Below, in pieces: positions 28,742 through 37,514 of a stretch of DNA of 51,375 nucleotides (positions are counted from its first letter, which is position 1; each line of letters starts with the position of its first letter). The stretch covers positions 1-51,375 of the forward strand of contig CALQZX010000006.1 of NCBI GenBank assembly GCA_943350175.1. The letters are read 5' to 3'. The stretch comes from Parcubacteria group bacterium. GTDB lineage: Bacteria > Patescibacteriota > Microgenomatia > UBA1400 > PJMF01. The position numbers and the translations under genes were made by a program. The notes beneath the pieces are model-generated. The model made no database searches and was not told the origin of the DNA. It worked only from the letters and a program-made list of their open reading frames with translations.

Positions 28742-31432
28742 ATGGATATCCAAAGTTTGCGTCAAAAGCACCCTCGTTTGATTTATCAGGGTTTCAACTT
28801 GGCCAAAGAAAACAACGATCTTGTACTAACTTTTGATTTGGTTCTGGAACCAAATATTAACTTCTCGCCAACTCTTAGAATAAAGAATCTGCGTCAAGAA
28901 ATCCTCAGTCAAATCGACCAAAAAGAAAATTTAGACCCTCAACTAGATAGTCTATTTTTTCATCTTGGCCTAGCTGAAATTCCTAGTTATTTCAAAGCCG
29001 CTTGTCCTGCTGAAATAGTCATCAAGCATCAAGGCCAAATCACAGAAAAAGCGCTTAGCTTTTGGCATGATTTACTCATCAATGGACTGGGAGAGTTTTA
29101 TTACCAAAACCAAATCGACTTCACCGATGAGAATTTCGTTAAAATTAAACTCGAAAAAACTGAGTCTGTCGGCTCAGCAAAAAAACAAAAATTTATCCCC
29201 ACCAAAAACAGTCAGGTTTTAATTCCTGTTGGCGGCGGGAAAGATTCGGCAACGGTCCTAGCAATGATGGAGGAAAGAAAATTGCCTTATGATGTGCTCT
29301 TACTTGCTCCTCACGCCCCCGCCGCCAAAAAAATCGCTTCACTCCTACAAAAAAATGGTTTGTGCCAGAAAATCATCGAACTCGAGCGAACAATTGATCC
29401 GCAGCTAATCGAGCTTAATAAAAATGGCTATCTCAATGGCCACACTCCATTTAGTGCCTACTTGGCCTTCGCCAGTTCAACTATCGCCTATCTTTATGGT
29501 CAGGAAAATATCTTACTCGGCAATGAAGCCAGCAGCGAAGAAGAAAATTTGCTTTACCTAGGTCATAAAATTAATCACCAGTACTCTAAAAGTCTGGATT
29601 TTGAGAAAAAATTCTCTGAATACTCCGACAACCACCTTTTTGCTGAAATTTCTACTCCACCAAAATATTTATCTCTACTGCGCTCACTTTCTGAACTAGA
29701 AATTACACAAAAACTTTGTGAGTTCGCAGCCAAAGATCCTAGATTCGCCGAAGTGCTGACTACCTTTAAGAGTTGCAATGTCGGCCAAAAAAATGATATC
29801 TGGTGTCACAATTGTCCAAAATGCGCTTTTGTTTTCACCATGTTCTCAGCATTTTTGGATGAAAAATTTGTTAGTGAGAAAATTTTCAAAGAAAATCTTT
29901 TTGCCAAAAACTCTTTAGAACAAACTTTCCTCGATTTGGCTGGTTTAGGCGACAAGAAACCCTTCGAATGCGTCGGCACTTTTGCCGAAGTGTGTCAGGC
30001 TTTATCGCTCGCCTACCAAAAAAGCAAAGCCCCAAGTCCATTTCTCAAGGAAATTGCACAAAAAATTGCTCAAAAAGAACTCATGGATAAATTGAGAGAT
30101 AAGTCGATTCTCATTCTTGGTATGGGTCGTGAAGGTTTTTCTAGCTTAGAGTTTTTGCGCAAAAACTTTCCAAACAAAAAAATCGCCGTGGCTGACGAGC
30201 AAGAGAAAAAATTACCAGTAGATGAAGAGCTCACTGCTTTTTTTGGCAAAAATTATCTGGAAAAAATCGACCAGTACGACTTAATCATCAAAACCGCCGG
30301 CATTCCTCTAACGACTCCAGAAGTCCAAAAAGCCATCGCTAAAGGCAGTGAAATTCTCTCAAACACTCAGATTTTCTTTACTCTTTGTGTGGGTAAAATC
30401 ATCGGCATCACCGGCACCAAAGGCAAAAGCACCACTTCCAAACTAACTTATGAAATTCTGCGCGATGCTTCTAAAGATACGGTTTTACTCGGCAACATTG
30501 GCGAAGCTCCACTCAATCAATTAGACAAAATTACTAAAGAAACTCTAGTCGTTGATGAGCTTTCTTGTCACCAATTAGCAGAGCTAAAAGAAAGTCCTCA
30601 CGTCGCCGTCATCTTGGACATTAAATCCGAACATTTGGACTATTACAAAGATTTCGCCAGTTACTTTGAAGCCAAAAGTGCCATTGCTCGTTTTCAAAAA
30701 GAAAGCGACTACTTAATCTACAATCCAGAGCTTGAAGGCGCTGCGAAAATGGCTTCACTAAGCCCTGCCAAAAAAATAACTCACAGCTTAACCAAAACCG
30801 CAGAGGTCTATAAGAAAAACAACCAAATTTTCTACCAAGAAGAATCGATCATCGATATCAATGAAATTTCCTTAATTGGCGAGCACAATCTTTACAACAT
30901 TATGCCAGCCATTTTGGTCGGGAAACTATTGGGCGTCAAAAACGAATCAATTAGAAAGACCATCAAAAATTTCCACAACTTATCTCATCGCCTAGAACTA
31001 ATCGCGGAAATAAATGAGGTCAAATACTTCGATGATTCCATTGCCGTCAATCCTCATGCTGCAATTATGGCTATCAAAAGTTTTCCAAAAAACTCCGTCA
31101 TTCTCATTGCTGGTGGCTATGAAAGAGATCAAGATTTTACCGAATTAGCCAAGACGATCCTTGAATATCAAGTCAAAGCCCTCATCGCTTTGCCAACTAC
31201 TGGCCAGCGCTTGATTGATTTTGTCTTGAAAGAAAAAAACATATCTGAGATTGACATCGCAACAGAAACAGCAGAAACCATCCAAGAAGCCGCGAAAATC
31301 GCCTATGAAAAAGCTCAAGTAAATGATATTGTTTTGCTCAGCCCAGCTAGTGCTAGCTACAATAGCTTCAGCAACTATGAAGAAAGAGGCGATGCTTTCA
31401 AAAAAGCAGTTTTGGAAAACCAAGCGAAATAA
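28742..31432 (+). CDS. murD: Fusion protein: an N-terminal ~430-aa PP-loop-like domain (possible MurL-type epimerase) joined to C-terminal UDP-MurNAc-L-Ala--glutamate ligase (MurD)
   Basis: The C-terminal half has ILILGMGREGFS (Rossmann), GITGTKGKSTTS (Mur ligase P-loop) and downstream Mur ligase middle and C-terminal blocks. The N-terminal half has IPVGGGKDSATV (an SGGxDS-like PP-loop) and CHNCPKCAFVF. Confidence 0.8.
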   Translation: MDIQSLRQKHPRLIYQGFNLAKENNDLVLTFDLVLEPNINFSPTLRIKNLRQEILSQIDQKENLDPQLDSLFFHLGLAEIPSYFKAACPAEIVIKHQGQITEKALSFWHDLLINGLGEFYYQNQIDFTDENFVKIKLEKTESVGSAKKQKFIPTKNSQVLIPVGGGKDSATVLAMMEERKLPYDVLLLAPHAPAAKKIASLLQKNGLCQKIIELERTIDPQLIELNKNGYLNGHTPFSAYLAFASSTIAYLYGQENILLGNEASSEEENLLYLGHKINHQYSKSLDFEKKFSEYSDNHLFAEISTPPKYLSLLRSLSELEITQKLCEFAAKDPRFAEVLTTFKSCNVGQKNDIWCHNCPKCAFVFTMFSAFLDEKFVSEKIFKENLFAKNSLEQTFLDLAGLGDKKPFECVGTFAEVCQALSLAYQKSKAPSPFLKEIAQKIAQKELMDKLRDKSILILGMGREGFSSLEFLRKNFPNKKIAVADEQEKKLPVDEELTAFFGKNYLEKIDQYDLIIKTAGIPLTTPEVQKAIAKGSEILSNTQIFFTLCVGKIIGITGTKGKSTTSKLTYEILRDASKDTVLLGNIGEAPLNQLDKITKETLVVDELSCHQLAELKESPHVAVILDIKSEHLDYYKDFASYFEAKSAIARFQKESDYLIYNPELEGAAKMASLSPAKKITHSLTKTAEVYKKNNQIFYQEESIIDINEISLIGEHNLYNIMPAILVGKLLGVKNESIRKTIKNFHNLSHRLELIAEINEVKYFDDSIAVNPHAAIMAIKSFPKNSVILIAGGYERDQDFTELAKTILEYQVKALIALPTTGQRLIDFVLKEKNISEIDIATETAETIQEAAKIAYEKAQVNDIVLLSPASASYNSFSNYEERGDAFKKAVLENQAK

Positions 31433-31450
31433 TAAAAGCAAAAACAAAAA

Positions 31451-32830
31451 ATGAAACAAAAATTAGCCATGTTCGTCCTCTACTACCTGCGTTTTTTTGC
31501 TAAGCTTCAGCTGCAAAAGAACAAAACCTGCAAAGTGGTGGGTATCACTGGCAGCGCCGGCAAAAGTAGCACTAGAAACGCCATTTACAGTGTTCTCAAA
31601 AATAAATACAAAGTTAAAGCCAGCTTCAAAGCCAATTCTGAGTCAGGCATTTCTTTAGACATCCTTGGCTTGGAGATGAAAAACTATTCCAATTTAGATT
31701 GGCTGCGAGTTTTGATTCTCGCTCCAATTCGCTTCCTAAGCTACTTCGAAAAATTTGATTACTATCTGGTAGAAATGGGCATCGATAGCCCAAATCCACC
31801 AAAAAATATGGATTTTTTACTCAGCATTATCAGACCAAAAATGGCTGTTTTTCTCAATGCTGGACTAAATCACAGTTTTGCCTTTGACCATTTGGTTACT
31901 GAAAAAGATCCAATAGAAAGAAAAAAACAAGTTATTCGTGAGATAGCCAAAGAAAAAGCCAAGTTGGTTCTGTCACTTCCAAAAACTGGCTTCGCTTTTT
32001 TAAATTTTGATGACCGCAACATCAGAGAAATTTGTCAAAATATTGAGGCTGAAACCTATTCTTTTGGCAGCGATAATATTTGCGATTTGCAAATCATTGG
32101 TCATGAAACACAAATCAATGAACAAGAAATTAGCAGTAATTTCACTTTCCAAATTCAAAGACACTACGGCAAATTGAAGGCAAAAAATCAAAAATTAGAT
32201 ATTAAAATCAAAAACTTTCTTTTGCCAAAACATTTTGCTTACGGCCTGGCCTCTGCCATCTTAATTGGCCTTAAGGCCGGCCTCGACACTAAAGAGATAA
32301 GAGATTCTCTAGAGAATCATCTCAATCTTCCACTTGGTCGCGCCACCGCCATTCATGGCAAAAACAATTCCATCATTATAGATAGCTCCTACAATGCCTC
32401 TTCCATGAAAGACATGATCGAGCTGGTCACAAAAATTAAAAACAAAGGTAGAAAGTTGGCTCTACTTGGAGATATGAGAGAACTTGGTGAAGAGACCAAG
32501 CAAGTTCACGAAGAAATTGCTCTGCTCGCTTCCGAAAGCTTTGATCAAATTTTCCTAGTTGGTCAGGAAATGCGAAATTACGCTCTACCAATTATTCAAA
32601 ATAATAATACAGTTCAAGCCACTCACTTTGAAAATTCCAAAGAAGCCGGCAAGAAAATTGCCAGCTTGTTAAAAGACGGCGACATCATTTTGGTTAAAGG
32701 CTCACAGAACACAATTTTCTTAGAAGAAGCGATCAAAGAAATGATGAAAGAAGAAAAAGAAGCTAAAAAATTACTTTGCAGACAAAACTCTTGGTGGCTA
32801 AGCATCAAAAGCCAAGCTCTCACTAAATAA
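31451..32830 (+). CDS. murF: Mur ligase, MurF-like (UDP-MurNAc-tripeptide--D-Ala-D-Ala ligase)
   Basis: VVGITGSAGKSSTRN (P-loop), IIDSSYNASSMKDMIELV and LGDMRELGEETKQVHEEI are MurF-typical. Confidence 0.75.
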   Translation: MKQKLAMFVLYYLRFFAKLQLQKNKTCKVVGITGSAGKSSTRNAIYSVLKNKYKVKASFKANSESGISLDILGLEMKNYSNLDWLRVLILAPIRFLSYFEKFDYYLVEMGIDSPNPPKNMDFLLSIIRPKMAVFLNAGLNHSFAFDHLVTEKDPIERKKQVIREIAKEKAKLVLSLPKTGFAFLNFDDRNIREICQNIEAETYSFGSDNICDLQIIGHETQINEQEISSNFTFQIQRHYGKLKAKNQKLDIKIKNFLLPKHFAYGLASAILIGLKAGLDTKEIRDSLENHLNLPLGRATAIHGKNNSIIIDSSYNASSMKDMIELVTKIKNKGRKLALLGDMRELGEETKQVHEEIALLASESFDQIFLVGQEMRNYALPIIQNNNTVQATHFENSKEAGKKIASLLKDGDIILVKGSQNTIFLEEAIKEMMKEEKEAKKLLCRQNSWWLSIKSQALTK

Positions 32831-33847
32831 ATCGATATTTTTAAGCATCGCCACGGTTCCCATACTAGCCAATAAATCTGGAGCGTCGAGCAAAGCCACT
32901 GGCAAGGAAAACCTGGTGATTAGAAAATCTTCCAAACCATGAATTTTAGCCAATCCACCAGATAGTAGCAAGCCTTTTTGCAAAACATCAGCAACTAAAT
33001 CTGGAGGAATTTTTGTCAATAAAGCATTGATTAAAGACTCATATTCCAACTTGAAGTAATCGGCAATTGAATCCAAATCACTAGACTTAATTTTTAACTC
33101 CATTGGACTAGCTCCATTAATCGTTTTGCCAGTGATTACCTGGCTCCTTTGCGAAGGAATTAAAGAGAGAACATTTTTTTTCAAAATTTCAGCACTTTCC
33201 AAAGAAATGGCAAAATTCTCTGCCAAAGCCAAGTGTCCAATTATTTCTTCATTCAAACGATCTCCACCAAAATCGCTGTCTTCATTAAATAATAATGAAC
33301 CAAGAGCGATGGCGCTAAATTGAGCTCCACTGGATCCCATCTGCAAGAACAGAGTCCCAGAAGTATCGGCTACAGGGACTCCAGCTCCAATCGCAGCCGC
33401 CAGAGGAGCTGCAATTAAATTAACTCTGGAAAAACCTAGTTCATAAAAAAATTGACTGAGAATTTTGCGGTCTAGAATTGTTGCCGATGCCGCCGTGGTC
33501 ACCATGACAATTGGATTAAAAACCAAACCCTTGAAAACCTTCTTCAACAGTTCTTTCATCAAAATAGCACCTGCCTCTTGATCTAAGATCCTGCTTTTGG
33601 CAAAAGGAAAAATTATCTCAGCAAAACTATCTAGTCTACCTTTCATCGCTAAGGCTTCTTTGCCAATCGCCAACAATTTATGATTATCTTTTCTTCTGGC
33701 TATACAAGCGTCCTCTTCCAAAACTTTGGCTCTAAAATCGACTGGAGACAACTCCCACACATCATTCTTGAGATCTGAAATCATGACGATTCTGATCTTT
33801 GATGAGCCCAGATCGATGGCGATTTTTTTTGAAAGACTTTTAAACAT
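32798..33847 (-). CDS. Divergent MreB/actin-family protein with degenerate nucleotide-binding motifs
   Basis: It is collinear with MreB: IAIDLGSSKIRIV (phosphate-1), IAAPLAAAIGAGVPV, LFLQMGSSGAQFSAIALG (phosphate-2 position), FGGDRLNEEII and LLSGGLAKIHGLEDFL. The 3' end overlaps murF convergently by 33 nt. Confidence 0.7.
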   Translation of the reverse strand: MFKSLSKKIAIDLGSSKIRIVMISDLKNDVWELSPVDFRAKVLEEDACIARRKDNHKLLAIGKEALAMKGRLDSFAEIIFPFAKSRILDQEAGAILMKELLKKVFKGLVFNPIVMVTTAASATILDRKILSQFFYELGFSRVNLIAAPLAAAIGAGVPVADTSGTLFLQMGSSGAQFSAIALGSLLFNEDSDFGGDRLNEEIIGHLALAENFAISLESAEILKKNVLSLIPSQRSQVITGKTINGASPMELKIKSSDLDSIADYFKLEYESLINALLTKIPPDLVADVLQKGLLLSGGLAKIHGLEDFLITRFSLPVALLDAPDLLASMGTVAMLKNIDLFSESLAFDA

Positions 33848-33954
33848 CTGCTTGTTATAATAACACTCAGATCTTTGTTCTTTAAATGAGAGACATAATA
33901 CTCGCTCAATGGTCTCTCATCTAAACAAACAAAGATCTAGAATAAATACTTAAT

Positions 33955-35418
33955 ATGCCAAATAAGTCCAAAAAGTTTTTCAATCGTTTTCTCCACATCT
34001 TGGGCTCAAGAATTGTCTATACTTTGCTGTCTGTCGTCATCGTTGCGGTTGGTAGTTACTTCGCCATTCAATATGCCAGAGGTAGCTGGCGCGTCACCAA
34101 TAAAGGCGTCGTCGCTAACACTGGATTGCTCAATGTTAATTCCTTTCCGGCTGGAGCTCAAGTTTTCATTGATGACAAGTTGATCACAGCCACTGATGAC
34201 ACTGCTTACTTAGAACCAGATACTTACGATGTTAAAATAATCAAAGAAGGTTATTCGCCTTGGAACAAAAGATTAACGGTCCAAAAAGAGCTGGTTACTC
34301 AAAGCAACGCCCTGCTTTTTCCAATTGCCCCAAGTCTTACTCCTCTAACTTTTACGGGCATCGGTAATCTCCATCCATCCGCTGATGGTCAAAAAATTCT
34401 CTTTTTTACCAATCAAGCTAGCTCCAAATTAAAAAATGGCTTTTACGTTCTTGATCTAAACAGCAATTTCCTCTCAATGCAGAGCGGCCCCAAACAAATT
34501 ACTGACGACATGGAAGACTTGGACCTAATCAATGCCCAAATTATCTGGTCTCCAGACAGTACAGAATTTATGATTCTTTCAGATAAAAAAGAGTTCCTAG
34601 TCAGCATTGATAAAAAAATTATTCTTTCTGAACAGAAAGACATCACTTTTCAGAAAAAAGACATCTTAGCTCAATGGGAAGAAAATATTTATTTACGTGA
34701 AAGACAATTTCTGGCCAAATTTCCAAAAGAAATTCTAGAAATTACCAAAAATTCTGCCAAAAACGTCTACATTTCTCCAGATAAGAAGAGAATGTTCTAC
34801 ACTGCCACTGCCGCAGCTACTCTAGCAGAAAACATTGTGCCTCCTGTCCCAGCAACCAACACTCAAGTTGAATCTAGAATTATTGAACCTGGCGCTATTT
34901 ATGTCTACGACCGCGAAGAAGATAAAAACTTCAAAGTGGCTACCATTACTGCCTTACCAAACTTATTGGAAAACCAAAAAGAAGTAGAAGCTAGTGTTGC
35001 AGCTACTATAAAATCCAAACTAACTATAAAAGATGAACCAGTCGTCATTAACACTGAAAAAATCACTTTGGCTGACGATTTGGACCAAACTATAGCCAAG
35101 TCTCTAGAAGCCTCTCCTACCGCCTTTGCGCGTCTACAAAAGGGAAATAATTTCTCTACTGCACTTAGCTTTGCTAATTACTACACAGCAGTGCGTTTAA
35201 ACACCATGCAATGGTTCCCTGATTCTAAACATTTACTCCTAGTTGAAGATGGAAAAATTAAAATCATGGAATACGATGGTCAAAACATTACCACCGTCTA
35301 TTCAGGACCATTTGCCAATAACTTCGTTTACCCGTGGCCAGATGGAAGCAAGCTGATTATCAAGACCAGCTTCAGTCCAGACTCCCCAGATAATCTATAC
35401 GTAATAGATTTAAAATAA
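33955..35418 (+). CDS. PEGA-domain membrane protein with a C-terminal TolB-like beta-propeller region
   Basis: N-terminal TM (IVYTLLSVVIVAVGSYFAI). PEGA motif: FPAGAQVFIDDKLI...YDVKIIKEGYSPWNKRLTV. The WSPDS, ISPDKKRMFY and WFPDSKHLLL repeats resemble TolB/DPP-IV-type blades. Confidence 0.7.
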   Translation: MPNKSKKFFNRFLHILGSRIVYTLLSVVIVAVGSYFAIQYARGSWRVTNKGVVANTGLLNVNSFPAGAQVFIDDKLITATDDTAYLEPDTYDVKIIKEGYSPWNKRLTVQKELVTQSNALLFPIAPSLTPLTFTGIGNLHPSADGQKILFFTNQASSKLKNGFYVLDLNSNFLSMQSGPKQITDDMEDLDLINAQIIWSPDSTEFMILSDKKEFLVSIDKKIILSEQKDITFQKKDILAQWEENIYLRERQFLAKFPKEILEITKNSAKNVYISPDKKRMFYTATAAATLAENIVPPVPATNTQVESRIIEPGAIYVYDREEDKNFKVATITALPNLLENQKEVEASVAATIKSKLTIKDEPVVINTEKITLADDLDQTIAKSLEASPTAFARLQKGNNFSTALSFANYYTAVRLNTMQWFPDSKHLLLVEDGKIKIMEYDGQNITTVYSGPFANNFVYPWPDGSKLIIKTSFSPDSPDNLYVIDLK

Positions 35419-35440
35419 ACTTGCAGTAAAATCAGATCAA

Positions 35441-35514
35441 CGGAGTGTAGCTCAGATGGCTAGAGTGCGGCGTTCGGAACGCCGAGGTCGCAGGTTCGAG
35501 TCCTGTCACTCCGA
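35441..35514 (+). tRNA. tRNA-Pro (anticodon CGG)
   Basis: Hand-folded cloverleaf: acceptor cggagtg/cactccg (C1-G72, A73), D-arm gctc/gagt, anticodon arm cggcg-ttCGGaa-cgccg, T-arm gcagg-ttcgagt-cctgt. 74 nt, with no encoded CCA. Confidence 0.9.
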
Positions 35515-35516
35515 CT

Positions 35517-35780
35517 TTATAAAGTCCTCAATCTGTCCACCATCCACATTCTAACTAAAGAGCTGGCAGAAATATCGTAAGTTTTGGCAATTTGATCAAT
35601 TTTTTGTTTCAGTCCAGCATCCAACCTAATTGTCATAGTGGTTTTTACTTCTCCTGAAGGTGAATAAACTCCTTCAACAATTTTCAGTTCATCCATGAAA
35701 TTTCCAACGTCATTTTTGTCCCAAAATTCAGCTTCTTCTTTAATGTTTTTGAAGGTAGGAATTTTTTTGTTATTTTTCAT
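35517..35780 (-). CDS. brnA: BrnA-like antitoxin (second copy in the window)
   Basis: 87 aa. ..FKNIKEEAEFWDKNDV.. is followed by MTIRLDAGLKQKIDQIAKTYDISASSLVRMWM (RHH). It overlaps the upstream DUF497-like gene by 11 nt. Confidence 0.65.
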   Translation of the reverse strand: MKNNKKIPTFKNIKEEAEFWDKNDVGNFMDELKIVEGVYSPSGEVKTTMTIRLDAGLKQKIDQIAKTYDISASSLVRMWMVDRLRTL

Positions 35781-36108
35781 AGTTTTGCTCCTTTTTTGCT
35801 TTTTCTAATCTGTAGATTGCTCTTTCCTTCTTCGCCATATCTCTAGCGGTAACCACATAATAAAGGGTATCGATTGTCTGCCTTTGCACTACAGTTGTAA
35901 TTAGTCTTTCTCCAGATCTCCCAAGCAAAATAATTCTATCGTTGTAGCCAGATATAAAAACCGCATATTCGTCTGCAAAAGACTTCTCAATTTCACTTTG
36001 CATAACTTGATGCTTTTTAATATGTTTTCTATTTCTTTCATCAAAAATTAGTTGATTAACTAAAATCATCATTAAAGATGATTGTAACACTTCGTGAGAC
36101 AATGTCAA
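35770..36108 (-). CDS. brnT: BrnT-like (DUF497) toxin (second copy)
   Basis: ..LIFDERNRKHIKKHQVMQSEIEKSF...RIILLGRSGERLITTVVQRQ..YYVVTARDMAKKERAIY matches the DUF497 layout. The true start may be the ATG at 36072. Confidence 0.55.
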   Translation of the reverse strand: MTLSHEVLQSSLMMILVNQLIFDERNRKHIKKHQVMQSEIEKSFADEYAVFISGYNDRIILLGRSGERLITTVVQRQTIDTLYYVVTARDMAKKERAIYRLEKAKKEQNYEK

Positions 36109-36192
36109 TAAAAAATGAGACTTTTATGATATTGCGATGTAATATTAGTTGAAACTTTAATTATCAGATCCACAATAGTTGGTTGAATTTTT

Positions 36193-37200
36193 ATGTCCCA
36201 CTTCCAACCCTGGCAATCATGGAGTCCAGCCAAACGCAATATTTTTGGTCTGCCAACTTGGGATTACTGCCCGCTCCCCCTAGCTAATAAAAAAACAAAT
36301 TTCCTCAAGCAAAAATCAACGAAAGAACCCATTAGCTACTGGTGCTCCTGGTATGCTTTTGGCGAGAAAATCAGCGAAAAAATCATCCTCGAGCAAGCTT
36401 CCTTGCTCAATAAAAGCAAACTCAAAATAGACTACATTTTGATTGATGATGGCTGGACCAAATGGGGTGATTGGCACAAAGTTGACGAGGAGAAATTTCC
36501 TAGTGGAATTGGTGCACTTAGTAAAAAACTGGCTCAAAAAAACTTTAAAACTGGCTTGTGGCTAGCACCTTTTCTAGCAGATAAAAAATCTCGTTTATTC
36601 AAAGAGCATCCAGAATATTTTTTAAGAAGCAAATCTGGCAAATTAGTTAATGGTTTCAAAAGTTTTCCCTTTTTTGACAGCCTTCTTCACCCAAGATTTT
36701 TACTCGATTTTAACAAAAAGGAAGTCAAGCAATTCGTTTTTGAAAGCCTTGACCAGATGATGAGAAAATGGAACATTTCTTTACTCAAATTGGATTTTTT
36801 GTACGCACCCTATTTCAACCCTCATTTAAAAAATGCCGACGAGGCTACAAAACAAGTTCAAGAGCTCCTAATTTACCTCAAAACCCAGCATCCGCAGGTT
36901 TTTACCATCGCTTGTGGCTGTTCATTCTCTGACGCCGCTAATTTGGCAGATGCCATTCGTATCAGCAAAGACATTAGTGCTCCTCCACCCATGCCAAAAA
37001 TATTTCGAAAAATATTCTACGAACACAGAGCACAGGTGCTTTTTGCGAAACTTAAACACAAATCCATGTGGAAAGGTTGTCTGGCAGATCCAGACGTGAG
37101 AATTTTTGATTTAGAAAACAAAAAAAGCGAAGCTATATTTGAAAAATTGTCGGAAAGCAAAGATTTTCTCCAAGGTTTTGGAGATCAGTTAAAAAAATAA
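36193..37200 (+). CDS. Compact GH36/GH27-clan alpha-galactosidase-like glycoside hydrolase
   Basis: YILIDDGWTKWGDWHKVDEEKFPSGIGALSKKLAQKNFKTGLWLAPF, LLKLDFLY (KxD nucleophile block) and AIRISKDI are present. At 335 aa it corresponds to the catalytic barrel only. Confidence 0.65.
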   Translation: MSHFQPWQSWSPAKRNIFGLPTWDYCPLPLANKKTNFLKQKSTKEPISYWCSWYAFGEKISEKIILEQASLLNKSKLKIDYILIDDGWTKWGDWHKVDEEKFPSGIGALSKKLAQKNFKTGLWLAPFLADKKSRLFKEHPEYFLRSKSGKLVNGFKSFPFFDSLLHPRFLLDFNKKEVKQFVFESLDQMMRKWNISLLKLDFLYAPYFNPHLKNADEATKQVQELLIYLKTQHPQVFTIACGCSFSDAANLADAIRISKDISAPPPMPKIFRKIFYEHRAQVLFAKLKHKSMWKGCLADPDVRIFDLENKKSEAIFEKLSESKDFLQGFGDQLKK

Positions 37201-37202
37201 AC

Positions 37203-37382
37203 CTATTGTTCTTGATCTTTTTCTTCAGGCTTCTCTTTATTTTCGCCCCATCCAAACCAAGCCTTACCTGCAAGAGTAGCTTGTGAGTAAGAAGAATCAT
37301 CCTTAACAGACAATTCTTCAAGATTTTCTTCCAATTTTTTTCTCTCTTCCTCACCGATTGATCCAACGCCTTTTTCTATCAT
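37203..37382 (-). CDS. Possible small acidic protein (59 aa); weak call
   Basis: MIEKGVGSIGEEERKKLEENLEELSVKDDSSYSQATLAGKAWFGWGENKEKPEEKDQEQ. This is the part of ORF 37203-37496 that does not overlap tRNA-Arg. I recognise no family. Confidence 0.25.
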   Translation of the reverse strand: MIEKGVGSIGEEERKKLEENLEELSVKDDSSYSQATLAGKAWFGWGENKEKPEEKDQEQ

Positions 37383-37421
37383 AAGTAACTTATTATATAA
37401 TAAAGCCTGCAAACATAAAAA

Positions 37422-37493
37422 GCCCTCATAGTTTAACGGATAGAACGGAGGTTTCCTAAACCTTAAATCCAAGTTCGATTCTTGGTGGGGGCA
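37422..37493 (+). tRNA. tRNA-Arg (anticodon CCU)
   Basis: Hand-folded: acceptor gccctca/tgggggc (one G-U), D-arm gttt/gaac, anticodon arm gaggt-ttCCTaa-acctt, variable loop aaat, T-arm ccaag-ttcgatt-cttgg, discriminator A. 72 nt. Confidence 0.88.
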
Positions 37494-37514
37494 CATTTTT
37501 ATTTAATTTTCAAT

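Noticed and set aside
37203-37496. A 97-aa minus-strand ORF (MCPHQESNLDLRFRKPPFYPLNYEGF...)
   Set aside because: Its N-terminal third is the reverse-complement translation of tRNA-Arg(CCU) at 37422-37493. Only the downstream 59-codon portion (37203-37382) could be real, and I list that at low confidence.
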